The position numbers and the translations under genes were made by a program. 64,000 nt of DNA from the NCBI GenBank assembly GCA_965285935.1, contig OZ260662.1, positions 89,218,001 to 89,282,000 on the forward strand, read 5' to 3'. Source of the stretch: Ophelia neglecta. Its lineage: Eukaryota. Each line of letters opens with the position of its first letter. Positions within the stretch are counted from its first letter, which is position 1. Under the pieces are notes generated by a model that saw only the letters and a program-made list of their open reading frames with translations, searched no databases and was not told where the DNA came from. Positions 27,101 through 42,100 of the stretch are shown here, piece by piece.

Positions 27101-30100
27101 AGAACGCGATTCTAAAGAGATGAAGGATAACTACAGGCGTTTGAAAGACCGTGTTAGTGTGTTAGAAAAGGAATGCGAAGACGAGAAATGACTATGGTCA
27201 ACAAATGGCCATATCATGTTAAGAATGATGGAAGACATAGAAACAATAGAACGCACTTTTGAGAACAAACTCACTAGGCCCAGAATAGATAATCCGTCAA
27301 CTCCGCCACATGAACCGCACGAAATACCAGTAGTTATATCTTCAAGGCCAGCTGAGAAGAGTGTACCCTGTAGTTCCACCACGCCCCTGTTCACCGAAAC
27401 GAATTTTACCAGGACCCCATTAAATCGTTCGTCTGATTCAGACACAATAAAACTATATGTCGGAAACATAGACAATTTCAAAAATTCTTGAGAAAGTTGT
27501 GGCAAAGAGAATTGATGATCATATTCGAAATAACATGCTTCAGGACCCCTTGCAGTCTGCCTACCGTCAGCAGCATTCAACTGAGACTGCTCTGCTTAGA
27601 GTTCACTCGGATGTCACGGAAGCCCTTGATGCGGGACACATGGTTGCTCTGGTGATGTTAGATTTGTCTGCAGCATTCGACACTATAGATCACACTATTT
27701 TTCTCCAACGGCTTGAGACAATGTACGGTATCGCAGGTGATGCTCTGCGATGGTTTCAGTCATACTTAACCAATAGATCTCAACAGGTCTCTATTGATGG
27801 GTCTTTGTCACCCAAGAGGGAACTATGTTTCGGTCTACCACAGGGATCAGTACTTGGGCCAAAGGGATACAGCATATACTGCCGGCCGGTAGGTTATATT
27901 GTGAATCAACATGGCCTGCGCTATCACTGTTATGCTGATGATACTCAGCTATATCTTGTAATAAAATCAAGGGATGAGTGGAGTGCTGCTTCTGAGTCAA
28001 TTGAGTTTTGTGTCACAGATATATGCAGGTGGATGACAAGGAACAGACTCAAGTTGAATGAGGGTAAAACGGAGGTGATCTTTTTCACACCTCAGCGCTC
28101 ACAGGATAGATTTGGTGACCTGTCGCTGAGCATTGGAGGGACTATTATTAGACCTCAAAAGTGTGTAAAAAATCTTGGTTGCTACCTAGATTCCCACCTA
28201 TGTATGGACACACAAGTAGGTCGGATTGTGAAATCAGGATATTTTCAACTGCGGAACATTGGCCGCATCCGTCGATATCTGACAGAGGATGCGTGCCGTG
28301 CCCTCGTGCAGGCACTTGTTGTGTCAAGACTGGACTATGGCAATGCCTTGCTCATTGGACTCCCTCTTCGGCAAATATTGCGACTGCAGAAGTTGCAAAA
28401 TGCAGCTGCACGTCTGGTCTCGGGAGTGAGAGGAAGGGGGCACATCACTCCAGTGTTGCGCCAATTACATTGGTTGCCAGTATGTCAACGGATACATTTC
28501 AAAGTCCTTCTATATGTGTACAAGGCACTTAATGGGCTGGCACCACAGTACTTATCTGAACTATTTGAAATATATGTCCCTGCTAGATCATTGAGGTCTG
28601 GAGAAAAACTGTTGCTTGAGGTGCCGAGGGCAAGAACCACTACTTATGGTGACAGAAATTTTAAGCGGGTTGGTGCAATTCTGTGGAATGAACTTCCTGA
28701 CAGTCTTAAAAATGCCTCTTCAGTGAACATTTTTAAAAAAAATCTTAAAACTTATCTTTTTACCTTAGCATATAACTGATCAGTGATAGTATTGTGTGAT
28801 ATTTATTTTGGTTCACCTATGCATAGAGGATCTGGTATGTGTTTTTGGCACAATTTTAAATCTAGTCTCGTTGGTTCTTATCATATAATGCTATGTAAAT
28901 ACTTTATTCATCATTTAACATGTGTATGTTTTTAAATGCCAGTGCCTATTTTTATGTAAAGCGCTTTAGAGTATGTACCATAGATAAAGCGCTCTAGAAA
29001 TACTGTTAATAATAAATAATAATAATAATAATGATGTGGACACTAATTCCTTCCTCGTATATTTGCAACGCAAAGGTGTACCTTGCTTAGAGTGGAGCTT
29101 GTTCCACAGCCGAAAAACAGGCAGACAAGCCGCCCTGATCCGGGTTCCAGCAAAATGGAAGCAAAGTATGCTAAATTCACGTTTTTGGCCGTCTGATGGT
29201 TACGCACGGGTATGGTACGAAAGAGACTCTTATAACTCCAATCATGGGTAACAAGAAAGACATAGTGATAGGTACTCTTAATTGCCAAGGTATAATGAGA
29301 AACGCACCTTTCATCGCCGACGTGTTGGATACATTTGAATTAGACTTTCTCTCAGTGACTGAACATTGGCTTTTACCCAATAGTCTTAATTTCCTCAAAA
29401 GTGTCCATAAAGAGTATGAATACCATGGCGTAGTGCACGAAGGTCTGTCGTGGAATGATACATACAATAGAGGAAAAGGGGGTGTGGCCATCCTCTGGAA
29501 TAAAGCATTGTCCCATATGATCAAAAGGTTGCCGATAACAAGTGATAGAATTGTGGGCATTCAACTTCAAATAAAAAAAGAAACATACTTCACCTTACTG
29601 TCAGTATATCTTCCGTCTTCTTATTCCAGCCTCTCAGACTTTACTGACTATCTAAATGAACTAGAAACATTGAACGCTCAGTATGCAACATACAGTGATG
29701 TAATCATCATGGGAGACTTCAATGCGCAAGTAGGGGGTGACAGATCAGCAGTACGTGTAAATAACATTAGAGACAAGATGGTAGATGATTTCGTGAGACG
29801 GTATGAATTCATCTCGTTGCCAGTCGATGCTTTGTGCTCGGGGCCAGTCTTTACATTTTCCCGAGGAGAATCCAAAAGCTTAAGTGATCACATCCTGGTG
29901 AACAATAGAAAAATCGACACTGTGCTGTGGTGTAAAGTTCTCCCTGAAAAGCCATTAATCTAAGCGACCACAATGCTGTGATTGCGTCGATTGGTGTAGT
30001 TAACTTTAACAAGACAGTTGCGCAACAGACCAAGCTGTGTACTAGAAATGTTTGGCATGCCCTCCCGATTAGAGACATAATTCAGACATATGGGAGACAG

Positions 30101-33100
30101 GTGGAATGTAAATTAGCAACTCTAAATGTTTTACCACTCGCGGTTTCAGCCGAACAGATCGATAAACGTCATGAATACATTACTGAAACATTAAAACAGG
30201 CTGCGCGTGCAACAATACCCCAAACAAATTTTAATAGTGTGTCTAAACCGTACTGGAAATGCAGTGGTCTGTCTGAGATACACGCCAAGCTTCGAGCAGC
30301 AAAAGCCGTGTGGATTCAAGAAGGAAAGCCCAGAGGATGTACTTTTAAATCCTATGTTGACTATAAATACGCTAAAAGGGTATATCGCTGCAAGCGTAGA
30401 GCATGCGAAAGGCAAATGCAGTCCGACATTGACAACGAAATAGAGATTGCAGCAGAGACTGATCAAAGAAAACTAAGTGCTCTTCTTAGGAGAAGTCAAG
30501 TTAAAAAGATTGCGCTCAACGAGCTTAAGGTTGGGGACACAGTGATCAGAGAAAGTGACGATGTTCTCGAGTCGTGGTATACACATTTTAAGGATATATA
30601 TACAGCAAAAGACTACGCCCAATACGACCAAACTCATGAAATTTACACTAATACCATACTCTCCGGTTTGAAAACCACTTCAGCCAGTGAAACTGACGAG
30701 ATAATGTCGGAGCCGTTGACTGAAGCAGAGGTTAAGAAAATGATAGCTAGTTTGAAAATGGGAAAGGCACCCGGTCATGACGCTATTCAAAACGAACACC
30801 TAAAATATGGGGGACCTGTGCTAGTAAAAATGTTGTCTGAACTATTCAACAGTATGTATAGAAAGAGCTACGTACCGTGGGGAATGAAACTCGGCCTGAT
30901 AGTCCCTCTCTTCAAAGGCGTTAAAAAGCACTCAGATGACAGAAAAAATCACAGGGGAGTTACCCTACTGCCAGCTACATATAAACTCTGGGAGCGATTA
31001 ACACTGCAGAGATTCAGAGATTGGATGGAGCATCGCCAAATTGCTTTTCCTCACCCACTGCAAAATGCCTACCAGAGAAACAAAGACAGCCTTATGACAT
31101 CTTTGATAACGCAAGAAAGTATCCGACACTTCAGAGAAAGGGGGTCGACTGTGTACGTGTGTCTTCTGGACTCGAGCACTGCATTCGACTCGGTATGGCA
31201 TCCGGGTCTCTACATAAATATGCACAAACTTGGAATTCGAGGAAAGTTTTGGCAGCTCCTGTTGGCATCTTACACCGGCAGATCATGTCAAATACTCGTG
31301 GACGGTGAAAAGTCTCGCAGTTTTGGCTTTGAACAGTCCGTTATGCAAGGGTCGGTCTGGGGACCCTGGATACTCATGGTTCACTATGACAGTCTACTGT
31401 GGAGCCTTCAGAAAAGTGGGTCCGGACTTAATCTGGATGGGGTCTATGTTGGTTGCCCAACTCAAGCGGACGATACGGTCCTGTTGGCCAGAAGCCCACT
31501 AGAGCTGCAAATCATGATAGACTTATGTTGGGACTACGCCTGTAAATGGCGATTCAATTGTAATCCTGCAAAATCAAAAGTTTTAATATATGGGAAAGGA
31601 AACAAGTCTAACCTCGAATGGAAGCTAGACAATTCCATCATACCAATAGTCACAGAGGAGGTTCATGTCGGAGTTGTGTTGAATAGCTCATTTAGAATGG
31701 ACGAGCAAGTAAATCGTTCCTGTGGTAAACTCCGAAGTAGATTGTCAGCGGCCCTCCGGCTTGGTGCTACTCCGGTCACAATGTCTAAAGTTTATAACTC
31801 TAACGTTCTCTCCAGTGCAATGTACGGGTGCGAGCTGTGGAATAATTTGACAGCAACGAATGTGAGTAAACTAGAAGTCGCGCACAGGTACTGCGCAAAA
31901 TACATCCAGGGATTCCACCGTGGAACGAGAACAGATATAGCGCTTGGAATGATCGGATGGCAAAGCGCTGTCACATATATAGACATTAAAAAACTACGAT
32001 TCTTTAGTCGTTTGTGCCATAGCGATCCCGGGGATTTTGTTAAACGAGTAGTCTTGAAAAGACTATGGAGTACAGTAGCCAACAAAGCGAACAACGGATT
32101 TATAGCTGATTGTGTTGAGCTTTTTAAAATGTATGGCTTAACAGAATGGCTCATTGATTTTATGTTAAGATGTCATTTCCCGACCAAGACAGTCTGGTCA
32201 AGCCTATTGCTGAAGGCTGTGAACACAAACGTCAATAGTGATCGTGCCATTGCTTTAGCCTCCGAGCCGTATCTGTCGAGATGGCTGAAACTACAAGAAA
32301 AGACCCTCGCGAGTGACTCTTCGCTATCACCAGCCGGAATTTGGCAGTACGCGAGGAAAAACCGGGGACTTCTGAGATGCGCACGGGACTTTGCTAAAAT
32401 GTATGCTATTCCAAGCTACGCACAGGGACAATGCCATCTCTGCGATCAAACGTTCGATGACATTGTTATTCACATGGTATGTTTTTGTGAAGCCTTTTCG
32501 GCCGAACGTGATGTGTTTTGGTCGGTTGGACTGAGCACACTTCCTGCTATCATTGAAGTGTATTTGTGTAATTTGAGTGAGGACGAACTAGTAGAACACC
32601 TTCTCGGATACATACCTGATGTTTCACCCTTCGCACCCGACGAACATGATATATTTATGGATTGGTCCGTCAAAGTATGGCGAACAATACCAAAACACAT
32701 TTGGCAGTGCGACGAATGTAAAAAACTGTGTTTTTGTAGATAAGTGGAAAAACGACGCTAATGGCAGCTTCAATATAGGCCTACCGCATATCACATGGAA
32801 ATAATTACGTAATATATTTCATCATAGACCCGAGCACGGACTTACAATTCTATAGAAATGCCATGCGGTATATGAACTTTATTGTAAATAATATAATGTT
32901 AACACGCTTTGGCTAATCATTCCAGACTTCTCTCGTAAAAAAGTGCTACTGGTCAATATACATGAACATATTTCTTTATATATTGTTAACACATTGTCTA
33001 ATTCATTACATATTTCGTTCCTGTACTTGGTACTCTTCATATAATGGAGGTAATAAACTAATATATATATATAATATATATATATATATATCAGCATACA

Positions 33101-36100
33101 GCCCCTGTGAACCAAGCCCCTGCCAGAATGGTGGAACGTGTTCTCATGATGGAAAAACAGCAACTTGTTACTGTGCCTTGTGTGGATGTGCAGATGAAGT
33201 CATGGGAGAATTCTGTGAAAATGGTAAAACCAGTCAAATCAAGTCCGAGACTACCTTAAAAATATTTTTCTGGAGATTATCAAGCTTTAAGAGTTCTAGT
33301 AGTTATTCTATTGACTAAAACGACTGAATACGAAATACATCAGCGGTATCGGGAACTTCGATAAGCTTAATCTAATAAAGCTACGTGTAGAAGTATCATG
33401 AGCTATAAGTTCATGACTTTCAGGAATTATTTCATTGGGTGAAATTCCCGAAACACTTTCTCCCCAGAATCAGTAAGTTCAGGAGTTATTTAATTGGTAT
33501 AAACTCCTGCATGTAACTCCTCGACAATGGAATGATTCGTATTTACATAGAAAATACCGGCCATACGCCCTTATCATTACGCACAGCTTCCATATAAACC
33601 ATGAAAATGGATTTATTTGGCATCTTAGACTGTAAATTTACAGATCTGGTGAATTGTAACATAGACGATGGCTATTACCCTGACCCTGACGACTGTACAA
33701 AATGGAATAGATGTTTTAACGGCGCGCTCATTGACTCGGATAACTGCACAGAGGGACAAGTAGCCTCACCAGAACCATTATTGACGTGTGAATATGAGGG
33801 TTCCGTCAGCTGTGCCTCTGATGTTATTATACCCACACAGCGTAGGTCTCCTTTATATAATAGATTCAGATTCGTACCATACTGGCAGTTTTGTACTCTA
33901 CAGATAATGATAAAACTAATACTAAAGACCAACACAATGACCGCTCACTGTTATATGTTTTCCCACAACTATGTGAATGGAGTAATGATGGTAATATTAA
34001 AGAACCATCTGTAGGGGGTTTCTTTTATTGGAAACAATGCAGTTATTTACAACGCCACAAATAAAGATGTTTTACGGAATTGCTTCTAAATAATCGAGGA
34101 AGGCAGTGCAGTTACCCTTTTCTAGGCGTGTTACAGCAGACCTTTGTGATTAAAAACGCCCAGAGGGACATTAAATCATCAAAAAACATCAGTTAATACA
34201 GTCTTAAATTATTTGAGGTACATCTTCTTTTAACAAATATGAAGGCATATAAGTGAAATTCTAAATGCGCCTAACGATTTTGCTGTAAATACAGCACCAG
34301 TTTTAAGTTGCCTCGACGTCACCTGTGAAAATGCAGCGACTTGTGATGACACTGTGGCCGGCTATATGTGTGTATGTCCGTCCGGCTTTACTGGAAGATT
34401 ATGTGAAAGTGGTAAGTTTCCTATTTGGATATGCGTGCTACATGTGTAAAGGATTATCACATCCGCCAATCCCAAAGTACTAGGGTAGGACAATCTCGTA
34501 CATGGAAATTCTACAGTTTGGTTAGACCGGGGGAACGTTATATACCAGCATTTCCAGACGTGTTCCCAATTAAGAAAAGAGGCACCTGGGTTGAGGCAAG
34601 GGTTAGTATAGGACTCCTATGTGACCTTTCAAACAGGGGATTTCCAACAGGGTCTCTGTATTCGGCGCTGCGTTCATGGCGCTGTTTGTTTAGCGTTATT
34701 GCACTTGCCCGCATTGTGAGCGGCAGCTGGGACAGCGGAGTGCCGAATAACGGGAGCGCATCCAATACGCATATACCATGCAGTACACTTAAATATATAT
34801 AATTTCCAAAGTCTAATGCATGTTTCTAGGTTTTCATTTATGAAAAGCAATAACGATGTCTGGTAATCTTGACAATGGTATTAGCCTTGACGAGGAGGAT
34901 TTCGAGTCCATTACCTGTGCCCAACGGAAATATGACCAAGAAACCGAAACGAGGACGGCTACTCTTAGCAGTCAAGAGATCACATCAAATAACTCACCTT
35001 GGGATCTCGACTCCGATAACCAAATGCAAACAAGTGATCTGACAAAACTGTTGGATATGAGTGGGTTACCTCGCGACACTCTTGTAGCACGATTACTAGA
35101 GTCTAACACCGAGGACGACCTCCTGGCGCTCCGGAATGATCTGCATCTTAAAGCGCGCGAATCACCTCTCTGTCCTGAAGGTAGTCTAGTAGGACGCAGG
35201 AGACCGGGGACAGGTGCTGGGGAACCAATAAATCTGAAGTTAGCCAAGGACTGCTATGCCCTGATCCTGTTTATTAAGGATGGCTTGCCTGACCAGATAC
35301 GGGACATCATTAATTCTAAAGTGCCGTTCTCCGCCAGAGATGAGAGTAGGCCTCTGAGTCAGCTCCAATCACAATCTGAAAATAACGAACAAGCACGGAA
35401 CGGCGCTGTAAATGATCTGATAAATGGTTTAGACATAGACCGTTTTGCTTTAATAATGTCAGAGATTCATGAACTAAAAGAGCGTGTTCAAGAGCTCAAT
35501 GTAGAAAACAAAGAGTTAAAAAGTAAAATTCAGAAACTGGAACTTTACACAAACACGTCTAACATTGAAGCCCATTCAGTGAAAAATTATCTTGAAAGCG
35601 TAGATAATGTAAACGCTGTCACCATCGAAAATGAAGATGAGCCTAATTCTTCCATAACTAATTCGCCACAAAACGACATTCACGATTCGTTTAGACTCCT
35701 GACAAATTGGGCAAGTGATGACAGTAGTATGGCAATAAAGAAAACACCAAAGGACACGAAAAGAGTGTTTGACTCCATCAAAGATGTTAAATCGAATCTA
35801 GCTAGGGAATCTTACACCCGAGAACGCGATTCTAAAGAGATGAAGGATAACTACAGGCGTTTGAAAGACCGTGTTAGTGTGTTAGAAAAGGAATGCGAAG
35901 ACGAGAAATGACTATGGTCAACAAATGGCCATATCATGTTAAGAATGATGGAAGACATAGAAACAATAGAACGCACTTTTGAGAACAAACTCACTAGGCC
36001 CAGAATAGATAATCCGTCAACTCCGCCACATGAACCGCACGAAATACCAGTAGTTATATCTTCAAGGCCAGCTGAGAAGAGTGTACCTTGTAGTTCCACC

Positions 36101-39100
36101 ACGCCCCTGTTCACCGAAACGAATTTTACCAGGACCCCATTAAATCGTTCGTCTGATTCAGACAAAATAAAACTATATGTCGGAAACATAGACAATGATG
36201 TGGACACTAATTCCTTCCTCGTATATTTGCAACGCAAAGGTGTACCTTGCTTAGAGTGGAGCTTGTTCCACAGCCGAAAAACAGGCAGACAAGCCGCCCT
36301 GATCAGGGTTCCAGCAAAATGGAAGCAAAGTATGCTAAATTCACGTTTTTGGCCGTCTGATGGTTACGCACGGGTATGGTACGAAAGAGACTCTTATAAC
36401 TCCAATCATGGGTAACAAGAAAGACATAGTGATAGGTACTCTTAATTGCCAAGGTATAATGAGAAACGCACCTTTCATCGCCGACGTGTTGGATACATTT
36501 AAATTAGACTTTCTCTCAGTGACTGAACATTGGCTTTTACCCAATAGTCTTAATTTCCTCAAAAGTGTCCATAAAGAGTATGAATACCATGGCGTAGTGC
36601 ACGAAGGTCTGTCGTGGAATGATACATACAATAGAGGAAAAGGGGGTGTGGCCATCCTCTGGAATAAAGCATTGTCCCATATGATCAAAAGGTTGCCGAT
36701 AACAAGTGATAGAATTGTGGGCATTCAACTTCGAATAAAAAAAGAAACATACTTCACCTTACTGTCAGTATATCTTCCGTCTTCTTATTCCAGCCTCTCA
36801 GACTTTACTGACTATCTAAATGAACTAGAAACATTGAACGCTCAGTATGCAACATACAGTGATGTAATCATCATGGGAGACTTCAATGCGCAAGTAGGGG
36901 GTGACAGATCAGCAGTACGTGTAAATAACATTAGAGACAAGATGGTAGATGATTTCGTGAGACGGTATGAATTCATCTCGTTGCCAGTCGATGCTTTGTG
37001 CTCGGGGCCAGTCTTTACATTTTCCCGAGGAGAATCCAAAAGCTTAAGTGATCACATCCTGGTGAACAATAGAAAAATCGACACTGTGCTGTGGTGTAAA
37101 GTTCTCCCTGAAAAGCCATTAATCTAAGCGACCACAATGCTGTGATTGCGTCGATTGGTGTAGTTAACTTTAACAAGACAGTTGCGCAACAGACCAAGCT
37201 GTGTACTAGAAATGTTTGGCATGCCCTCCCGATTAGAGACATAATTCAGACATATGGGAGACAGGTAGAATGTAAATTAGCAACTCTAAATGTTTTACCA
37301 CTCGCGGTTTCAGCCGAACAGATCGATAAACGTCATGAATACATTACTGAAACATTAAAACAGGCTGCGCGTGCAACAATACCCCAAACAAATTTTAATA
37401 GTGTGTCTAAACCGTACTGGAAATGCAGTGGTCTGTCTGAGATACACGTCAAGCTTCGAGCAGCAAAAGCCGTGTGGATTCAAGAAGGAAAGCCCAGAGG
37501 ATGTACTTTTAAATCCTATGTTGACTATAAATACGCTAAAAGGGTATATCGCTGCAAGCGTAGAGCATGCGAAAGGCAAATGCAGTCCGACATTGACAAC
37601 GAAATAGAGATTGCAGCAGAGACTGATCAAAGAAAACTAAGTGCTCTTCTTAGGAGAAGTCAAGTTAAAAAGATTGCGCTCAACGAGCTTAAGGTTGGGG
37701 ACACAGTGATCAGAGAAAGTGACGATGTTCTCGAGTCGTGGTATACACATTTTAAGGATATATATACAGCAAAAGACTACGCCCAATACGACCAAACTCA
37801 TGAAATTTACACTAATACCATACTCTCCGGTTTGAAAACCACTTCAGCCAGTGAAACTGACAAGATAATGTCGGAGCCGTTGACTGAAGCAGAGGTTAAG
37901 AAAATGATAGCTAGTTTGAAAATGGGAAAGGCACCCGGTCATGACGCTATTCAAAACGAACACCTAAAATATGGGGGACCTGTGCTAGTAAAAATGTTGT
38001 CTGAACTATTCAACAGTATGTATAGAAAGAGCTACGTACCGTGGGGAATGAAACTCGGCCTGATAGTCCCTCTCTTCAAAGGCGTTAAAAAGCACTCAGA
38101 TGACAGAAAAAAATCACAGGGGAGTTACCCTACTGCCAGCTACATATAAACTCTGGGAGCGATTAACACTGCAGAGATTCAGAGATTGGGTGGAGCATCG
38201 CCAAATTGCTTTTCCTCACCCACTGCAAAATGCCTACCAGAGAAACAAAGACAGCCTTATGACATCTTTGATAACGCAAGAAAGTATCCGACACTTCAGA
38301 GAAAGGGGGTCGACTGTGTACGTGTGTCTTCTGGACTCGAGCATTGCATTCGACTCTGTATGGCATCCGGGTCTCTACATAAATATGCACAAACTTGGAA
38401 TTCGAGGAAAGTTTTGGCAGCTCCTGTTGGCATCTTACACCGGCAGATCATGTCAAATACTCGTGGACGGTGAAAAGTCTCGCAGTTTTGGCTTGGAACA
38501 GTCCGTTATGCAAGGGTCGGTCTGGGGACCCTGGATACTCATGGTTCACTATGACAGTCTACTGTGGAGCCTTCAGAAAAGTGGGTCCGGACTTAATCTG
38601 GATGGGGTCTATGTTGGTTGCCCAACTCAAGCGGACGATACGGTCCTGTTGGCCAGAAGCCCACTAGAGCTGCAAATCATGATAGACTTATGTTGGGACT
38701 ACGCCTGTAAATGGCGATTCAATTGTAATCCTGCAAAATCAAAAGTTTTAATATATGGGAAAGGAAACAAGTCTAACCTCGAATGGAAGCTAGACAATTC
38801 CATCATACCAATAGTCACAGAGGAGGTTCATGTCGGAGTTGTGTTGAATAGCTCATTTAGAATGGACGAGCAAGTAAATCGTTCCTGTGGTAAACTCCGA
38901 AGTAGATTGTCAGCGGCCCTCCGGCTTGGTGCTACTCCGGTCACAATGTCTAAAGTTTATAACTCTAACGTTCTCTCCAGTGCAATGTACGGGTGCGAGC
39001 TGTGGAATAATTTGACAGCAACGAATGTGAGTAAACTAGAAGTCGCGCACAGGTACTGCGCAAAATACATCCAGGGATTCCACCGTGGAACGAGAACAGA

Positions 39101-42100
39101 TATAGCGCTTGGAATGATCGGATGGCAAAGCGCTGTCACATATATAGACATTAAAAAACTACGATTCTTTGGTCGTTTGTGCCATAGCGATCCCGGGGAC
39201 GTTGTTAAACGAGTAGTCTTGAAAAGACTATGGAGTACAGTAGCCAAAAAAGCGAACAACGGATTTATAGCTGATTGTGTTGAGCTTTTTAAAAAGTATG
39301 GCTCAACAGAATGGCTCATTGATTTTATGTTAAGATGTCATTTCCCGACCAAGACAGTCTGGTCAAGCCTATTGCTGAAGGCTGTGAACACAAAAGTCAA
39401 TAGTGATCGTGCCATTGCTTTATCCTCCGAGTCGTATCTGTCGATATGGCTGAAACTACAAGAAAAGACCCTCGCGAGTGACTCTTCGCCATCACCAGCC
39501 GGAATTTGGCAGTACGCGAGGAAAAACCGGGGACTTCTGAGATGCGCACGGGATTTTACTAAAATGTATGCTATTCCAAGCTACGCACAGGGACAATGCC
39601 ATCTCTGCGATCAAACGTTCGATGACATTGTTATTCACATGGTATGTTTTTGTGAAGCCTTTTCGGCCGAACGTGATGTGTTTTGGTCGGTTGGACTGAG
39701 CACACTTCCTGCTATCATTGAAGTGTATTTGTGTAATTTGAGTGAGGACGAACTAGTAGAACACCTTCTCGGATACATACCTTATGTTTCACCCTTCGCA
39801 CCCGACGAACATGATATATTTATGGACTGGTCAGTCAAAGTATTGCGAACAGTACCAAAACACATTTGGCAGTGCGACGAATGTAAAAAACTGTGCTTTT
39901 GAGGATATTAAGTGGAAAAACGACGCTAATGACAGCTTCAATATAGGCCTACCGCATACCAGATGGAAATAATTACGTAATATATTTCATCATAGACCCG
40001 AGCACGCACTTATAATTCTATAGAAATGCCATGCGGTATATGAACTTTATTGTAAATAATATAATGTTAACACGCTTTGGCTAATCATTCCAGACTTCTC
40101 TCGTAAAAAAGTGCTACTGGTCAATATACATGAACATATTTCTTTATATATTGTTAACACATTGTCTAATTCATTACATATTTCGTTCCTGTACTTGGTA
40201 CTCTTCATATAATGGAGGTAATAAACTAATATATATAATATATATATATATATATCAGCATACAGCCCCTGTGAACCAAGCCCCTGCCAGAATGGTGGAA
40301 CGTGTTCTCATGATGGAAAAACAGCAACTTGTTACTGTGCTGTGCCTTGTGTGGATGTGCAGATGAAGTCATGGGAGAATTTTGTGAAAATGGTAAAACC
40401 AGTCAAATCAAGTCCGAGACTACCTTAAAAATATTTTCTGGAGATTATCAAGCTTTAAGAGTTCTAGTAGTTATTCTATTGACTAAAACGACTGAATACG
40501 AAATACATCAGCGGTATCGGGAACTTCGATAAGCTTAATCTAATAAAGCTACGTGTAGAAGTATCATGAGCTATAAGTTCATGACTTTCAGGAATTATTT
40601 CATTGGGTGAAATTCCCGAAACACTTTCTCCCCAGAATCAGTAAGTTCAGGAGTTATTTAATTGGTATAAACTCCTGCATGTAACTCCTCGACAATGGAA
40701 TGATTCGTATTTACATAGAAAATACCGGCCATACGCCCTTAGCATTACGCACAGCTTCCATATAAACCATGAAAATGGATTTATTTGGCATCTTAGACTG
40801 TAAATTTACAGATCTGGTGAATTGTAACATAGACGATGTCTATTACCCTGACCCTGACGACTGTACAAAATGGAATAGATGTTTTAACGGCGCGCTCATT
40901 GACTCGGATAACTGCACAGAGGGACAAGTAGCCTCACCAGAACCATTATTGACGTGTGAATATGAGGGTTCCGTCAGCTGTGCCTCTGATGTTATTATAC
41001 CCACACAGCGTAGGTCTCCTTTATATAATAGATTCAGATTCGTACCATACTGGCAGTTTTGTACTCTACAGATAATGATAAAACTAATACTAAAGACCAA
41101 CACAATGACCGCTCACTGTTATATGTTTTCCCACAACTATGTGAATGGAGTAATGATGGTAATATTAAAGAACCATCTGTAGGGGGTTTCTTTTATTGGA
41201 AACAATGCAGTTATTTACAACGCCACAAATAAAGATGTTTTACGGAATTGCTTCTAAATAATCGAGGAAGGCAGTGCAGTTACCCTTTTCTAGGCGTGTT
41301 ACAGCAGACCTTTGTGATTAAAAACGCCCAGAGGGACATTAAATCATCAAAAAACATCAGTTAATACAGTCTTAAATTATTTGAGGTACATCTTCTTTTA
41401 ACAAATATGAAGGCATATAAGTGAAATTCTAAATGCGCCTAACGATTTTGCTGTAAATACAGCACCAGTTTTAAGTTGCCTCGACGTCACCTGTGAAAAT
41501 GCAGCGACTTGTGATGACACTGTGGCCGGCTATATGTGTGTATGTCCGTCCGGCTTTACTGGAAGATTATGTGAAAGTGGTAAGTTTCCTATTTGGATAT
41601 GCGTGCTACATGTGTAAAGGATTATCACATCCGCCAATCCCAAAGTACTAGGGTAGGACAATCTCGTACATGGAAATTCTACAGTTTGGTTAGACCGGGG
41701 GAACGTTATATACCAGCATTTCCAGACGTGTTCCCAATTAAGAAAAGAGGCACCTGGGTTGAGGCAAGGGTTAGTATAGGACTCCTATGTGACCTTTCAA
41801 ACAGGGGATTTCCAACAGGGTCTCTGTATTCGGCGCTGCGTTCATGGCGCTGTTTGTTTAGCGTTATTGCACTTGCCCGCATTGTGAGCGGCAGCTGGGA
41901 CAGCGGAGTGCCGAATAACGGGAGCGCATCCAATACGCATATACCATGCAGTACACTTAAATATATATAATTTCCAAAGTCTAATGCATGTTTCTAGGTT
42001 TTCATTTATGAAAAGCAATAACGATGTCTGGTAATCTTGACAATGGTATTAGCCTTGACGAGGAGGATTTCGAGTCCATTACCTGTGCCCAACGGAAATA

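Noticed and set aside
29940-29980. Programmed -1 frameshift in the endonuclease
   Set aside because: There is no canonical slippery heptamer, and it separates the catalytic SDH motif from the rest. A single lost A before amplification explains all three copies.
24372-34861. H blocks as LTRs of an LTR retrotransposon
   Set aside because: The repeats are host exons and introns present once, without the element, in the visible part of paralog A. The element has APE-RT, a simple-repeat tail, and no integrase, PBS or TG..CA ends.
33089-34861. 3' transduction of host exons
   Set aside because: The host block follows the tail, keeps its introns, has no second tail and sits in tandem at its own locus.
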